Assembly (NCBI GenBank): GCA_038230075.1
Contig: JBBRNV010000002.1
Span: forward strand, 62,215 to 126,214
Length of the DNA: 64,000 nt
Source: Minisyncoccia bacterium
GTDB taxonomy: Bacteria > Patescibacteriota > Minisyncoccia > Phycocordibacterales > CALRBL01
Direction of reading: 5' to 3'
Positions 20,091 through 28,918 of the stretch are shown piece after piece. Below the pieces are notes generated by a model. The model was given only the letters and a program-made list of their open reading frames with translations, searched no databases and had not been told where the DNA came from. The stretch's first letter is position 1. Each line of letters starts with the position of its first letter. A program made the translations under genes and the position numbers.

Positions 20091-20111
20091 CCCTAAAACA
20101 AAATTACATAC

Positions 20112-21398
20112 ATGAATAATTTTATCGAAAAAGCAAAATTAATTCTCAGCGACAAAAGTATTCTTCGACGAATTCTTTTCACTCTTCTCGGGCTCGTTGC
20201 CTTTCGATTTCTTGCAGCTATTCCAATTCCAGGAGTTGATAAAATTAAACTCGTAAACTTTTTTGAAGCAAACCAATTCCTCAGTTTTCTTAACGTATTC
20301 TCTGGAGGGGGACTCTCAACACTTTCAATTGTAATGCTTGGAGTTGGTCCATACATCACTGCATCTATCATCATGCAGCTTTTGACTATGATGTCTGAAA
20401 ACTTGAAAGCGATGTATCAAGAAGAAGGACAAGCTGGACGAATGAAATTTGGTCAGTACACTCGATTAATTTCAGTACCGCTTGCTATGGTTCAAGCCTT
20501 CGGTTTTATTTTACTTCTTGAGAAGCAGGGAATTGTAGCTAATCTTGGAGTAACAGGTCTCATTACGAACGTTATTGTTATTGTTGCAGGATCAGTACTT
20601 CTTATGTGGATTGGAGAACTTATTTCAGAATTTGGAGTTGGTAACGGTCCATCACTTATTATCTTCGCTGGTATTATTGCTCGACTTCCTATCGTTCTCT
20701 CTCAAACAATTGCAACTTACGATGCTGCTCAACTTCCTGAATATATCGCCATTCTTGTTGCGGCCATTGCTGTTATTTTCTTGGTAGTACAAGTAACCGA
20801 AGCAGAACGACCAGTTTCTGTTACATATTCACGACAAGTTCGAGGAAATAAAGTATACGGAGGTGTTTCAACATATCTTCCACTTCGATTAAACCAGGCT
20901 GGAGTTATTCCAATCGTGTTTGCACTCTCACTTCTACTCTTCCCACAATTAATTGTTAATCTTGTCTCACGACTTGTTCATGGTGGCGCAATTGCTACTT
21001 TTGTTCAGGCATCTGCTACTCATATTGCAGATTTCATGGCTAACCAGTGGTATTACGGAATTTCATACTTCATTCTTGTTTTCCTCTTCACATACTTCTA
21101 CACAGCTATCACTTTCGATCCAAAAGCTATTTCAGAAAACCTTCAGAAAAGTGGAGCGTTCGTTCCAGGAGTTCGACCAGGAAATCCAACTATTGAATAT
21201 TTAAGTAAAATTGTGACTCGAATTACTCTTGTTGGTGCACTCTTCCTTGGAGTAGTAGCCATTCTTCCTCTCATTGTTAAAGCAATCAATAATAATCAAT
21301 CAATTGCTATTGGAGGAACAGCCCTTCTCATTGTGGTTTCAGTAGTGCTCGATCTTGTAAAGAAAGTAGGTGCTCAGATAAGCATGCGGGAATACTAG
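20112..21398 (+). CDS. secY: Preprotein translocase subunit SecY
   Basis: Ten-TM SecY architecture and its position after rplO. Confidence 0.95.
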   Translation: MNNFIEKAKLILSDKSILRRILFTLLGLVAFRFLAAIPIPGVDKIKLVNFFEANQFLSFLNVFSGGGLSTLSIVMLGVGPYITASIIMQLLTMMSENLKAMYQEEGQAGRMKFGQYTRLISVPLAMVQAFGFILLLEKQGIVANLGVTGLITNVIVIVAGSVLLMWIGELISEFGVGNGPSLIIFAGIIARLPIVLSQTIATYDAAQLPEYIAILVAAIAVIFLVVQVTEAERPVSVTYSRQVRGNKVYGGVSTYLPLRLNQAGVIPIVFALSLLLFPQLIVNLVSRLVHGGAIATFVQASATHIADFMANQWYYGISYFILVFLFTYFYTAITFDPKAISENLQKSGAFVPGVRPGNPTIEYLSKIVTRITLVGALFLGVVAILPLIVKAINNNQSIAIGGTALLIVVSVVLDLVKKVGAQISMREY

Positions 21399-21424
21399 TT
21401 TTGTGAGATAATCGAGCGGTATCT

Positions 21425-22198
21425 ATGAGTATCGATCGAACGACTAAAATCTTAATTATTTGCCTTGTAGTAGCCTTTGCTATTCTTGTTGGATTAGTCG
21501 GTGGATACTTTCTATTTGGTCCTGCAGATCCTGCAGTTAAAATTCACAGCACGGGGTCAGAAGCAATGGTTACCGCAACAACAACTGCAACAACAACCGC
21601 GACAACCACGCCAAATCAAAATTCTACTTCAACTGTTAGTTCTTCAACTTCTCCTGTTCTTTCATATGTAAACGGCCTTATTCAAAATGAGGCAAGTTGG
21701 AAAAAAGTAGTAGATGAAGAAGGGGGATACGACTTCTCAATTCCTAAAGAATTTTCAGCAAGCACCTATGCTAATAAAAATATAGTAAGTACTTCACTCG
21801 GAAGACAGTACACTAGTACCGATTCATTTGAAGGAGAAACGCTTCAAGTTTTTGTTGAAGCAACTACTAATACTGTTGAAGCGTGTCAGGCTGTTGTAAC
21901 CAATAATTCCGATGTTCGTTCAGAAATTGGAAATGTGTCACTTCAAAAAACACTTATCTCTCGATTAGGTTCAAATACTTTCTATCAAACAACGTTTACT
22001 TCGAATGCTGTAAGTCGTTTGTCGACAAAAGGAAAAGTATATTCACTTTTCTCAAGTGATGGTCTTTGTTATGTTGGAATTGCATCATACTCAACCACTG
22101 ATCCAAATACTCTTACATCAGATTACGATCAGGCCTTTTTCAAGGTTGCTGAAGAAATGCTTGGAACATTTGAATTCGCTCAAGCTCCTACTAACTAA
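21425..22198 (+). CDS. Hypothetical membrane-anchored protein with a (TTTA)n Thr-rich repeat
   Basis: An N-terminal TM helix followed by TATTTATTTATTTP encoded by an imperfect ACAACAACYGCR repeat, then a Ser/Thr-rich ectodomain. Confidence 0.55.
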   Translation: MSIDRTTKILIICLVVAFAILVGLVGGYFLFGPADPAVKIHSTGSEAMVTATTTATTTATTTPNQNSTSTVSSSTSPVLSYVNGLIQNEASWKKVVDEEGGYDFSIPKEFSASTYANKNIVSTSLGRQYTSTDSFEGETLQVFVEATTNTVEACQAVVTNNSDVRSEIGNVSLQKTLISRLGSNTFYQTTFTSNAVSRLSTKGKVYSLFSSDGLCYVGIASYSTTDPNTLTSDYDQAFFKVAEEMLGTFEFAQAPTN

Positions 22199-22201
22199 TA
22201 T

Positions 22202-22813
22202 ATGCACGCTCAAACAATACTTATCATGGGGAGATCAGGTTCTGGAAAGGGAACACAAGTTCGCTTTATTGAAGAGTATATTAAAGATAAAGATATCGAT
22301 TCATTACCACTCTTCCATTTAGAAACAGGTAAGGCATTTCGAGAATTTATTAAAGGAAGTTCGCTCGCAAGTCGGCTTGCTTTTGATAAGTCTGAAAAAG
22401 GAGAACGACAGCCCGACTTTCTTGCGGTGTGGATGTGGACTCACACTGTTGTTCTAACGCTCGAAGATCAGATGCATTGGATTATCGATGGTACACCACG
22501 ATCACTTCCTGAAGCAAAAATCTTAGAAAGCGCTTTTGTTTTCTTTAAACGTCCAAAACCAATCATTATCTATTTAAATGTTGGTTCTGAGTGGTCATTC
22601 GATCGAATGAAAGCACGAGGAAGAGAAGATGATGTAAACGCAGGTTCAAAAGAAAATCGAGTGAAATGGTTTGATGAAGATGTGGTACCTGCAATTGAAT
22701 ATTTTAAAAACCAACTAGATTGCAGCTTTTTCGAAATAAATGGTGAGCAAGAAATTGAAAAGGTGAGAGAAGATATTATGGCAAAAATTAAGCCAATGTT
22801 AGATCATAAATAA
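22202..22813 (+). CDS. adk: Adenylate kinase, divergent
   Basis: P-loop GRSGSGKGTQ and its position after secY. Confidence 0.75.
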   Translation: MHAQTILIMGRSGSGKGTQVRFIEEYIKDKDIDSLPLFHLETGKAFREFIKGSSLASRLAFDKSEKGERQPDFLAVWMWTHTVVLTLEDQMHWIIDGTPRSLPEAKILESAFVFFKRPKPIIIYLNVGSEWSFDRMKARGREDDVNAGSKENRVKWFDEDVVPAIEYFKNQLDCSFFEINGEQEIEKVREDIMAKIKPMLDHK

Positions 22814-22814
22814 C

Positions 22815-23588
22815 ATGGTCAAATATAAAAGCCCAGAAGAAATACAAGTCTTGCGAGAAGGAGGAAAAATTATTGCCACCATACTCAAAGAACTCGAAGC
22901 CTTAGTTAAGGTTGGTCTTTCAACTGATGAAATAAATAATAAGGCGGCATTGCTTTGTGCATCACACAATGTTTCTCCGGTGTTTCTTGGGTATAAACCT
23001 CAAGGAGCAAAGCGGCCATATCCTGCAGCTATTTGTGTGTCTATTAACGATGAGATTGTGCACGGTATTCCAAATGAGAATCCAAAAATTCTAAAGGAAG
23101 GAGACGTGGTGTCACTTGATATGGGAATTATTTACAAAAAAATGGTTCTCGATTCTGCAATTACTGTTCCTGTTGGAACTATTGATGCTGCTGCAATACA
23201 TTTACTTAACATTACTAAAGACGCTTTATATATTGGAATCGCACAAGCGGTTATCGGAAACCGAATAGGAGACATTGGTGCGGCGATTGAAGAGGTGGCA
23301 CTTTCTGCTGGTTTTTCTGTTGCAGATGACTTGTGTGGTCATGGTGTTGGATATGCAATTCACGAAGATCCTTTTATTCCAAATGTAGGACGAAGAGGAA
23401 CTGGCCTTATTCTTGAAGAAGGGTTAGTGATAGCAATCGAACCTATGTTTTGTGAAAAGGGATCTCGTATAAAAATGGGAGGTGATGGATATACACTGTT
23501 AACAAAAGATGGAGGAAGATCTGCTCATTTTGAACACACTATTGCGATTACAAAAGATGGTCCGCTTATTTTGTCATCACTCGAATAA
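22815..23588 (+). CDS. map: Methionine aminopeptidase, type I
   Basis: Pita-bread fold metal ligands (D..D..H..E..E context: VHGIP, DMG, CGHGVG, EPMF). Confidence 0.9.
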   Translation: MVKYKSPEEIQVLREGGKIIATILKELEALVKVGLSTDEINNKAALLCASHNVSPVFLGYKPQGAKRPYPAAICVSINDEIVHGIPNENPKILKEGDVVSLDMGIIYKKMVLDSAITVPVGTIDAAAIHLLNITKDALYIGIAQAVIGNRIGDIGAAIEEVALSAGFSVADDLCGHGVGYAIHEDPFIPNVGRRGTGLILEEGLVIAIEPMFCEKGSRIKMGGDGYTLLTKDGGRSAHFEHTIAITKDGPLILSSLE

Positions 23589-23630
23589 AATCTCTTTCAG
23601 CGACAAGTGTAATAAGATATAATATAAGAA

Positions 23631-26498
23631 ATGGAACAAAGTTTTTCACAAAACAAAGAACTTTTCTCTTCTCCTGAAGAAGAACTTGCATATTTGCGCG
23701 AGCGAGTTCAAAAACAAGAACAAGTATTGAAACAAAAAGGTGAGAATCCTGATCGAGAAGAGTTGATCATGAAAGAGTTGAAAGAATACACACAATCAAT
23801 TCCTGAAAAAACTTTAGCTAAGGGCTTTCAAATGATAGAGCCACATCAACAAGCCATTGTTCTCGATCTTATTCCTGAAACACATGATGATAAGATGTCA
23901 GAACTTCTTGGGCTTCTTCATGATAAAGGTTTTCTCAACACATTGTCTGTTGTTGAAAAGTTGGGTAATCCTCATATTGAATCCGATTTTCATCGGTTTC
24001 TAGTTGAATATATTAAGAAAGGATTTGAAGTAAAGGGAGCAAGTGAGAAATCTCCAATCTACAAAGCACTTCGACACACTCTATATGAAGTGTCGCTTCC
24101 TCGTCCAAAAAAAGAAGAAAAAGAACGGCAGTTGAAAGAAGTTATTTCAAGTATGGAACAGTTCTACGCAGGAATGCTTTCAGTTTCAACTGAAGCAGAG
24201 AGAAACACTGAAAACTTTTTTTCAATTGAACTGGCTATTTCAAATGACAGTCAAGAATTTGTTTTCTACGCTTCAGTTCCTGATAGTAAAACTAACCTGT
24301 TTGAAAAACAGCTTCTTTCTGTTTTTGCAGGAGCAAAGATTGTTGAAAAGAAAGATGATTACAATGTGTTTAATGCAGAGGGAATTACTGTTGCATCAGT
24401 TGCCAAACAAAAGAATAAACCAATTTTTCCAATCAAAACCTATGAGCAGTTTGACTATGATCCATTAAATATTGTTTTGAACACTCTTTCAAAGATTGAT
24501 AAGTCGGGGGAAGGAGCGTCTATTCAATTGGTCATCAATCCGTCTGGCGACTACTACCTTAAACCTTTTAAAAATGCACTAGAACAGATTCATAAGGGAG
24601 TGAAAGTGAAAGACGCAATCGATACTCCGTTCACTGCTGGTCAATTAATGAAAAAAGAGTTGAAAGAAATTGGTAAAACAATGTTTGATGAAGTGTTTAA
24701 GCGAAAAGATGACAAGAAAAAAGACGAAGAAAAATTTGAGAAAAAAGGGGTAAAGCCAGAAGATCAAAAAGTACTCGAGCAAATTGAGCAGAAAATATCT
24801 TCGCCAGTTACTGCTGTTAACATTCGTATTGTTGCGTCAGCTCCAAGTAGACATCGTGCAGAAGAAATTCTTTCAGATATTGAGTCTTCATTTAATCAGT
24901 TTGAAAACACTACGGGAAATGCTTTATCTTTTGATCGAGTTTCAGAGAAAGACCTTTCAAAAACAGTTCGAAATTTCTCATTTAGAATGTTCGACGATAG
25001 CCAAGCCCTTCCTATGAATTTGCGTGAAATTAGCTCTATTCTGCACTTCCCAGGCCAGTCTATTGTTGAAGGTGGACAATTGAAGCAAAGTAAGGCGAGT
25101 ACAGCTCCAGCGCCCCTTGATGCGCCTCGAGAAGGGGTCTATTTGGGTGTTAATAAGCACCGAAATCAAGAAGTTCCTATTTATATGACTCCTGAAGATC
25201 GACTTCGACACTTCTACGTTATTGGTCAAACAGGAACTGGAAAGACTACTCTTTTGAAAGACATGATTATTCAAGATATTAAGAATGGGGAAGGTGTCTG
25301 CTTTATCGATCCACACGGATCAGACGTGCAAGATATTTTGGCCCATATTCCACCTGAACGATTCGAAGATGTTATTTATTTCGATCCAAGTTATATTCCA
25401 CGGCCGATGGGAATGAATATGCTTGAATACGATCCTGCATATCCTGAGCAAAAAACATTCGTGGTAAATGAACTCTTTTCTATTTTTGATAAGTTGTTTG
25501 ACATGAAGACGACCGGAGGCCCAATGTTTGAACAATATTTTAGAAACTCAACAATGCTCGTGCTTGAAGATCCAGAATCAGGAAACACACTTCTTGATGT
25601 ATCTCGCGTGCTTTCAAATAAAGCATATCGAGAATTAAAAATTTCACGATGTAAGAATCCTATTGTTGTGCAGTTTTGGAAAGAAGTTGCTGAGAAGGCA
25701 GGAGGGGAATCATCACTTGCAAACATTGTTCCTTACATCACAAGTAAGTTTGATGTGTTTTTGGCAAACGATATTATGCGACCGCTTATTGCTCAAGAAA
25801 AATCGTCATTTGATTTCAGAAAGATTATGGATGAAAAGAAAATCTTACTTGTTAATCTTTCAAAAGGAAGATTGGGTGACATTAACGCTAACTTAATTGG
25901 TCTTATTTTGGTTGGAAAGATTTTGATGGCAGCACTTTCACGAGTAGATTCAATGGCTAAAGGTTTTCCTCCTTTCTATTTATATATCGATGAGTTCCAA
26001 AATGTGACCACAAATTCTATTTCAGTTATTTTGTCTGAAGCTCGAAAATATAAACTCTCACTTCATATCGCTCATCAATTTATTGCACAACTTAAAGAAG
26101 ATATTCGAGATGCCGTGTTTGGAAACGTTGGATCAATTGTTTCGTATCGAGTTGGTGCAGACGACGCTGAATATTTACAGAAACAATTTGAACCAGTTTT
26201 TACTTCAAACGATATTATGAATCTCGATAACCTGAACGCCTATTCACGACTTCTTATAAATGGCCGACCTGCTCGTCCTTTCAACATTACTGTGCCATTT
26301 CCTCCTGTGGTTGATAAATCTCACGTGCAGCCGTTGAAAGAACTTTCATATTTAAAATATGGAGGAGATAGAGAAGAGATTGAAGAAATGGTCATGAAGA
26401 AATATCGAAAAGAACCACCTCCAGCTCCTGCGCCATCACCGTTTCCTGCGGCAGAATCTCAACTTAAAAAGGCACTTAATCCATTCCTTGAGGTCTAA
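23631..26498 (+). CDS. FtsK/HerA-superfamily ATPase of the VirD4/TraD/TrwB (type IV coupling protein)-like family, soluble, with a roughly 500-aa N-terminal domain of unknown function
   Basis: Walker A GQTGTGKTT is followed immediately by CFIDPHGSD (the DP.G motif seen in TrwB/TraD and HerA). Walker B is LYIDEFQN, and the arginine-finger region is SEARKYKLSLHIAHQF. No TM segments are predicted. Confidence 0.7.
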   Translation: MEQSFSQNKELFSSPEEELAYLRERVQKQEQVLKQKGENPDREELIMKELKEYTQSIPEKTLAKGFQMIEPHQQAIVLDLIPETHDDKMSELLGLLHDKGFLNTLSVVEKLGNPHIESDFHRFLVEYIKKGFEVKGASEKSPIYKALRHTLYEVSLPRPKKEEKERQLKEVISSMEQFYAGMLSVSTEAERNTENFFSIELAISNDSQEFVFYASVPDSKTNLFEKQLLSVFAGAKIVEKKDDYNVFNAEGITVASVAKQKNKPIFPIKTYEQFDYDPLNIVLNTLSKIDKSGEGASIQLVINPSGDYYLKPFKNALEQIHKGVKVKDAIDTPFTAGQLMKKELKEIGKTMFDEVFKRKDDKKKDEEKFEKKGVKPEDQKVLEQIEQKISSPVTAVNIRIVASAPSRHRAEEILSDIESSFNQFENTTGNALSFDRVSEKDLSKTVRNFSFRMFDDSQALPMNLREISSILHFPGQSIVEGGQLKQSKASTAPAPLDAPREGVYLGVNKHRNQEVPIYMTPEDRLRHFYVIGQTGTGKTTLLKDMIIQDIKNGEGVCFIDPHGSDVQDILAHIPPERFEDVIYFDPSYIPRPMGMNMLEYDPAYPEQKTFVVNELFSIFDKLFDMKTTGGPMFEQYFRNSTMLVLEDPESGNTLLDVSRVLSNKAYRELKISRCKNPIVVQFWKEVAEKAGGESSLANIVPYITSKFDVFLANDIMRPLIAQEKSSFDFRKIMDEKKILLVNLSKGRLGDINANLIGLILVGKILMAALSRVDSMAKGFPPFYLYIDEFQNVTTNSISVILSEARKYKLSLHIAHQFIAQLKEDIRDAVFGNVGSIVSYRVGADDAEYLQKQFEPVFTSNDIMNLDNLNAYSRLLINGRPARPFNITVPFPPVVDKSHVQPLKELSYLKYGGDREEIEEMVMKKYRKEPPPAPAPSPFPAAESQLKKALNPFLEV

Positions 26499-26516
26499 TA
26501 GCTTTTATATTGTGGT

Positions 26517-27137
26517 GTGTATAATGAACGTATGACTCATCACAAATACGAACAAACATTTACTCTTATAAAGCCAGATGGAATTCAGCGGTCATTAATT
26601 GGTGAAATGATTGGCAGATTTGAAAAAGTTGGCCTCAAATTGGTTGCGATGAAAATGTTTGTACCTACAAAAGATCTCATTAAAAAGCATTACACCATTG
26701 ATCCTGATTGGTTTATGATTACCGGTACTAAATCCATTAAAGGAAGAGCAGCTTCGGGGGAAGATGTAACGGGATTAGATCCAATAAAAGTATGTGAAGA
26801 GGTTCTTGAACGACTACAAACCTATTTATCTGCAGGTCCCGTAATTTCTATGGTGTGGCAAGGTGCTCATGCAGTTCGGCTCGTTCGAAAACTTGTGGGA
26901 GGAACAGAGCCACTTACTTCAGATGTGGGAACAATTCGTGGAGACTTTGTGATGGACTCTTATGAAATGACAGAAGTTGATAAACGATCGATTCGAAATT
27001 TAATTCACGCATCAGGATCAGTGAAAGAAGCGCATGATGAAATTAACTTATGGTTTAAACCTGAAGAAATTATCAAGTATCGATTGGCACAGGAAGAAAT
27101 TTTGTATGATGTCAATCTTGACGGAATTTTAGAATAA
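26517..27137 (+). CDS. ndk: Nucleoside diphosphate kinase with a roughly 45-aa insertion
   Basis: TFTLIKPDG start and catalytic-His region (NLIHASGS). At 206 aa it is longer than the canonical ~140 aa, with an insert after KHY. Confidence 0.75.
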   Translation: MYNERMTHHKYEQTFTLIKPDGIQRSLIGEMIGRFEKVGLKLVAMKMFVPTKDLIKKHYTIDPDWFMITGTKSIKGRAASGEDVTGLDPIKVCEEVLERLQTYLSAGPVISMVWQGAHAVRLVRKLVGGTEPLTSDVGTIRGDFVMDSYEMTEVDKRSIRNLIHASGSVKEAHDEINLWFKPEEIIKYRLAQEEILYDVNLDGILE

Positions 27138-27204
27138 ACTTCCTCTTTAAAAAATCCTTGCGTCTCGTGTGAGGTGAGTATAATGAACTACGGATTATCT
27201 TGTA

Positions 27205-27862
27205 TCATCGAGATTAATTTTTTCATTCGGGGTTTCGGAATCAATTTTCACTTTGGTGTTAGTTGTAGAAGTCCCACCTAGTTTAAGCTAGGATGATACC
27301 TGATAATCCATGCAAGAAACGGAAAAGTGTAGGTACGTCGAAAGATGTCCTTATAACTAGCCGTTTTTTGCTTTTTATGGTACTATGGTAAGTCGCTAGT
27401 TCACCCCATATCACCTCACCCTGCAAAGCTTGTCACCTCATGCTCTTGCGATTTATTCTCAACCCCCTCAGACTGATAGCACTATCGCTTCTTAGTTGGG
27501 TCGAAGAACACCAACCTGAAGACCCAGATCACCACGTACTCACTCTTGTTGACGCAAAGATTTCCGAAATGAGAGAGGGGATTGTCAAAAAACGTTTACA
27601 TTGCGACCCTTACTTGATTGGTTGTCGTTGTCCACTTCGAGTGGAAGAGACGGCCGATCTTCAAGGGATACGCATAACGGTGACGTTTACTCAAATGCGA
27701 TGGATTGTTTCTTTTGAGGGAGATATTGCACTCATCACCAAGGCGCAATTATTTATCCAGAGGAGATTTTTCAAAAACACCCGAGTTGTTGTACGACCGA
27801 CCGAAAATTCCACTTAAGCCCACCGCCCGCTTTGCGTTTACGCCGAGCGGGCCGTGCTTTTT
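27205..27862 (+). ncRNA. Candidate structured non-coding region or unclassified RNA, flanked by a promoter-like element and an intrinsic terminator
   Basis: A TTGCGT ... TATAAT promoter-like element lies at about 27171-27200. A long-range helix pairs GGATTATCTTGTATCATC (27212-) with GATGATACCTGATAATCC (-27312). A GC-rich hairpin plus T-tract terminator lies at about 27824-27862. The only ORF in the region (27440..27817) has atypical codon usage. I could not assign it to an RNA family. Confidence 0.25.
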
Positions 27863-27901
27863 TATAACTTCACTCTTTTCCATATTTGGTATAATAGCCA
27901 C

Positions 27902-28015
27902 ATGAGAAAACTTACCTTGATTCTGCTTATTATTATCTTGGTGGCACTAGGTATTGGGTATGCACAAAAATTGTATAGAGGATTAACAACTGAAACAGCT
28001 CCGCTTACACGATAA
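27902..28015 (+). CDS. Possible 37-aa single-TM micro-protein upstream of livH
   Basis: ATG at 27902, a hydrophobic core (LTLILLIIILVALGIGY), and a stop 20 nt before livH. Confidence 0.25.
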   Translation: MRKLTLILLIIILVALGIGYAQKLYRGLTTETAPLTR

Positions 28016-28035
28016 GTTCGTGTTACCATAATCAC

Positions 28036-28917
28036 ATGTTCTCAGCTGCAGACATCTCTATCATTCCACAACTTATTGCAAATAGCCTTATTGCAGCGGC
28101 ACTTTATGCACTCATTGCGCTTGGTTTTAACTTAATATATGGAGCAACAAAGTTTTTCAACTTAGCTCATGGTGCGGTGGTTGTTGTTGGTGGGTATCTT
28201 GTTTTTGCTCTCACTCGATTTGCAGGAATTAATGTCTACATTGCAGTACTTATTGGTGTTCTCGGTTCGGGTGTTCTCGGACTACTTCTTGATCGTTTTA
28301 TTTTTCTTCCTCTTCGAGTTCGAAAAGCGTCGAGTATGGTGACCTTGGTAGCATCACTTGGAATCTCAACGGTGCTTCAGGCAATTATCGCCATGATTTT
28401 CACTAGTCAGTTTCAAACACTTTCACTCAGCTTCAATACAAAAACATTTAATCTTTTTGGAGGAATCATCACTGATGTACAGTTGGTGATGATGCTCTCA
28501 GCTCTTGTCATAATGATTGTACTCGGCATTATTTTACGAAAAACATTATTTGGAAAAACAGTTGAAGCTATTAGTGATAACGAAGAAGTAGCACGAGTGG
28601 TTGGTATTGATACAAATAAAGTAATTGCTCAAGTATTTTTTATAGGTTCAATGATTGCCGGGCTTGCTGGTATTCTTGTTGGATTCGATACGGGGATTGA
28701 ACCTACTATGGGTATGTCTTTGCTGCTTAAAGGCGTCATTGCTTCAATTATTGGAGGGGTGGGGAGTGTATACGGAGCTGTTATTGGTGCGGTAGTGCTT
28801 GGCTTCGTTGAAAACTTTGGTATCTGGAAAATCTCAGGGGAGTGGAAAGACGCTATTGCGTTTGGAGTGTTAATTCTCTTTTTATTATTCAGGTCTCAAG
28901 GTATTCTAAAACGATAA
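28036..28917 (+). CDS. livH: Branched-chain amino acid ABC transporter permease (LivH family)
   Basis: Multi-TM permease whose LivH-like assignment rests on its position as the first of two permeases directly upstream of the two ATPase genes. Confidence 0.85.
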   Translation: MFSAADISIIPQLIANSLIAAALYALIALGFNLIYGATKFFNLAHGAVVVVGGYLVFALTRFAGINVYIAVLIGVLGSGVLGLLLDRFIFLPLRVRKASSMVTLVASLGISTVLQAIIAMIFTSQFQTLSLSFNTKTFNLFGGIITDVQLVMMLSALVIMIVLGIILRKTLFGKTVEAISDNEEVARVVGIDTNKVIAQVFFIGSMIAGLAGILVGFDTGIEPTMGMSLLLKGVIASIIGGVGSVYGAVIGAVVLGFVENFGIWKISGEWKDAIAFGVLILFLLFRSQGILKR

Positions 28918-28918
28918 T

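Noticed and set aside
27140-27900. RNase P RNA, tmRNA, SRP RNA and 6S RNA as explanations for the non-coding stretch
   Set aside because: I could not find the conserved P4/CR-I/CR-V elements, a tRNA-like 3' end with tag ORF, or the SRP domain IV GGAA/AGCAGCC motifs by eye. It is left as unclassified.
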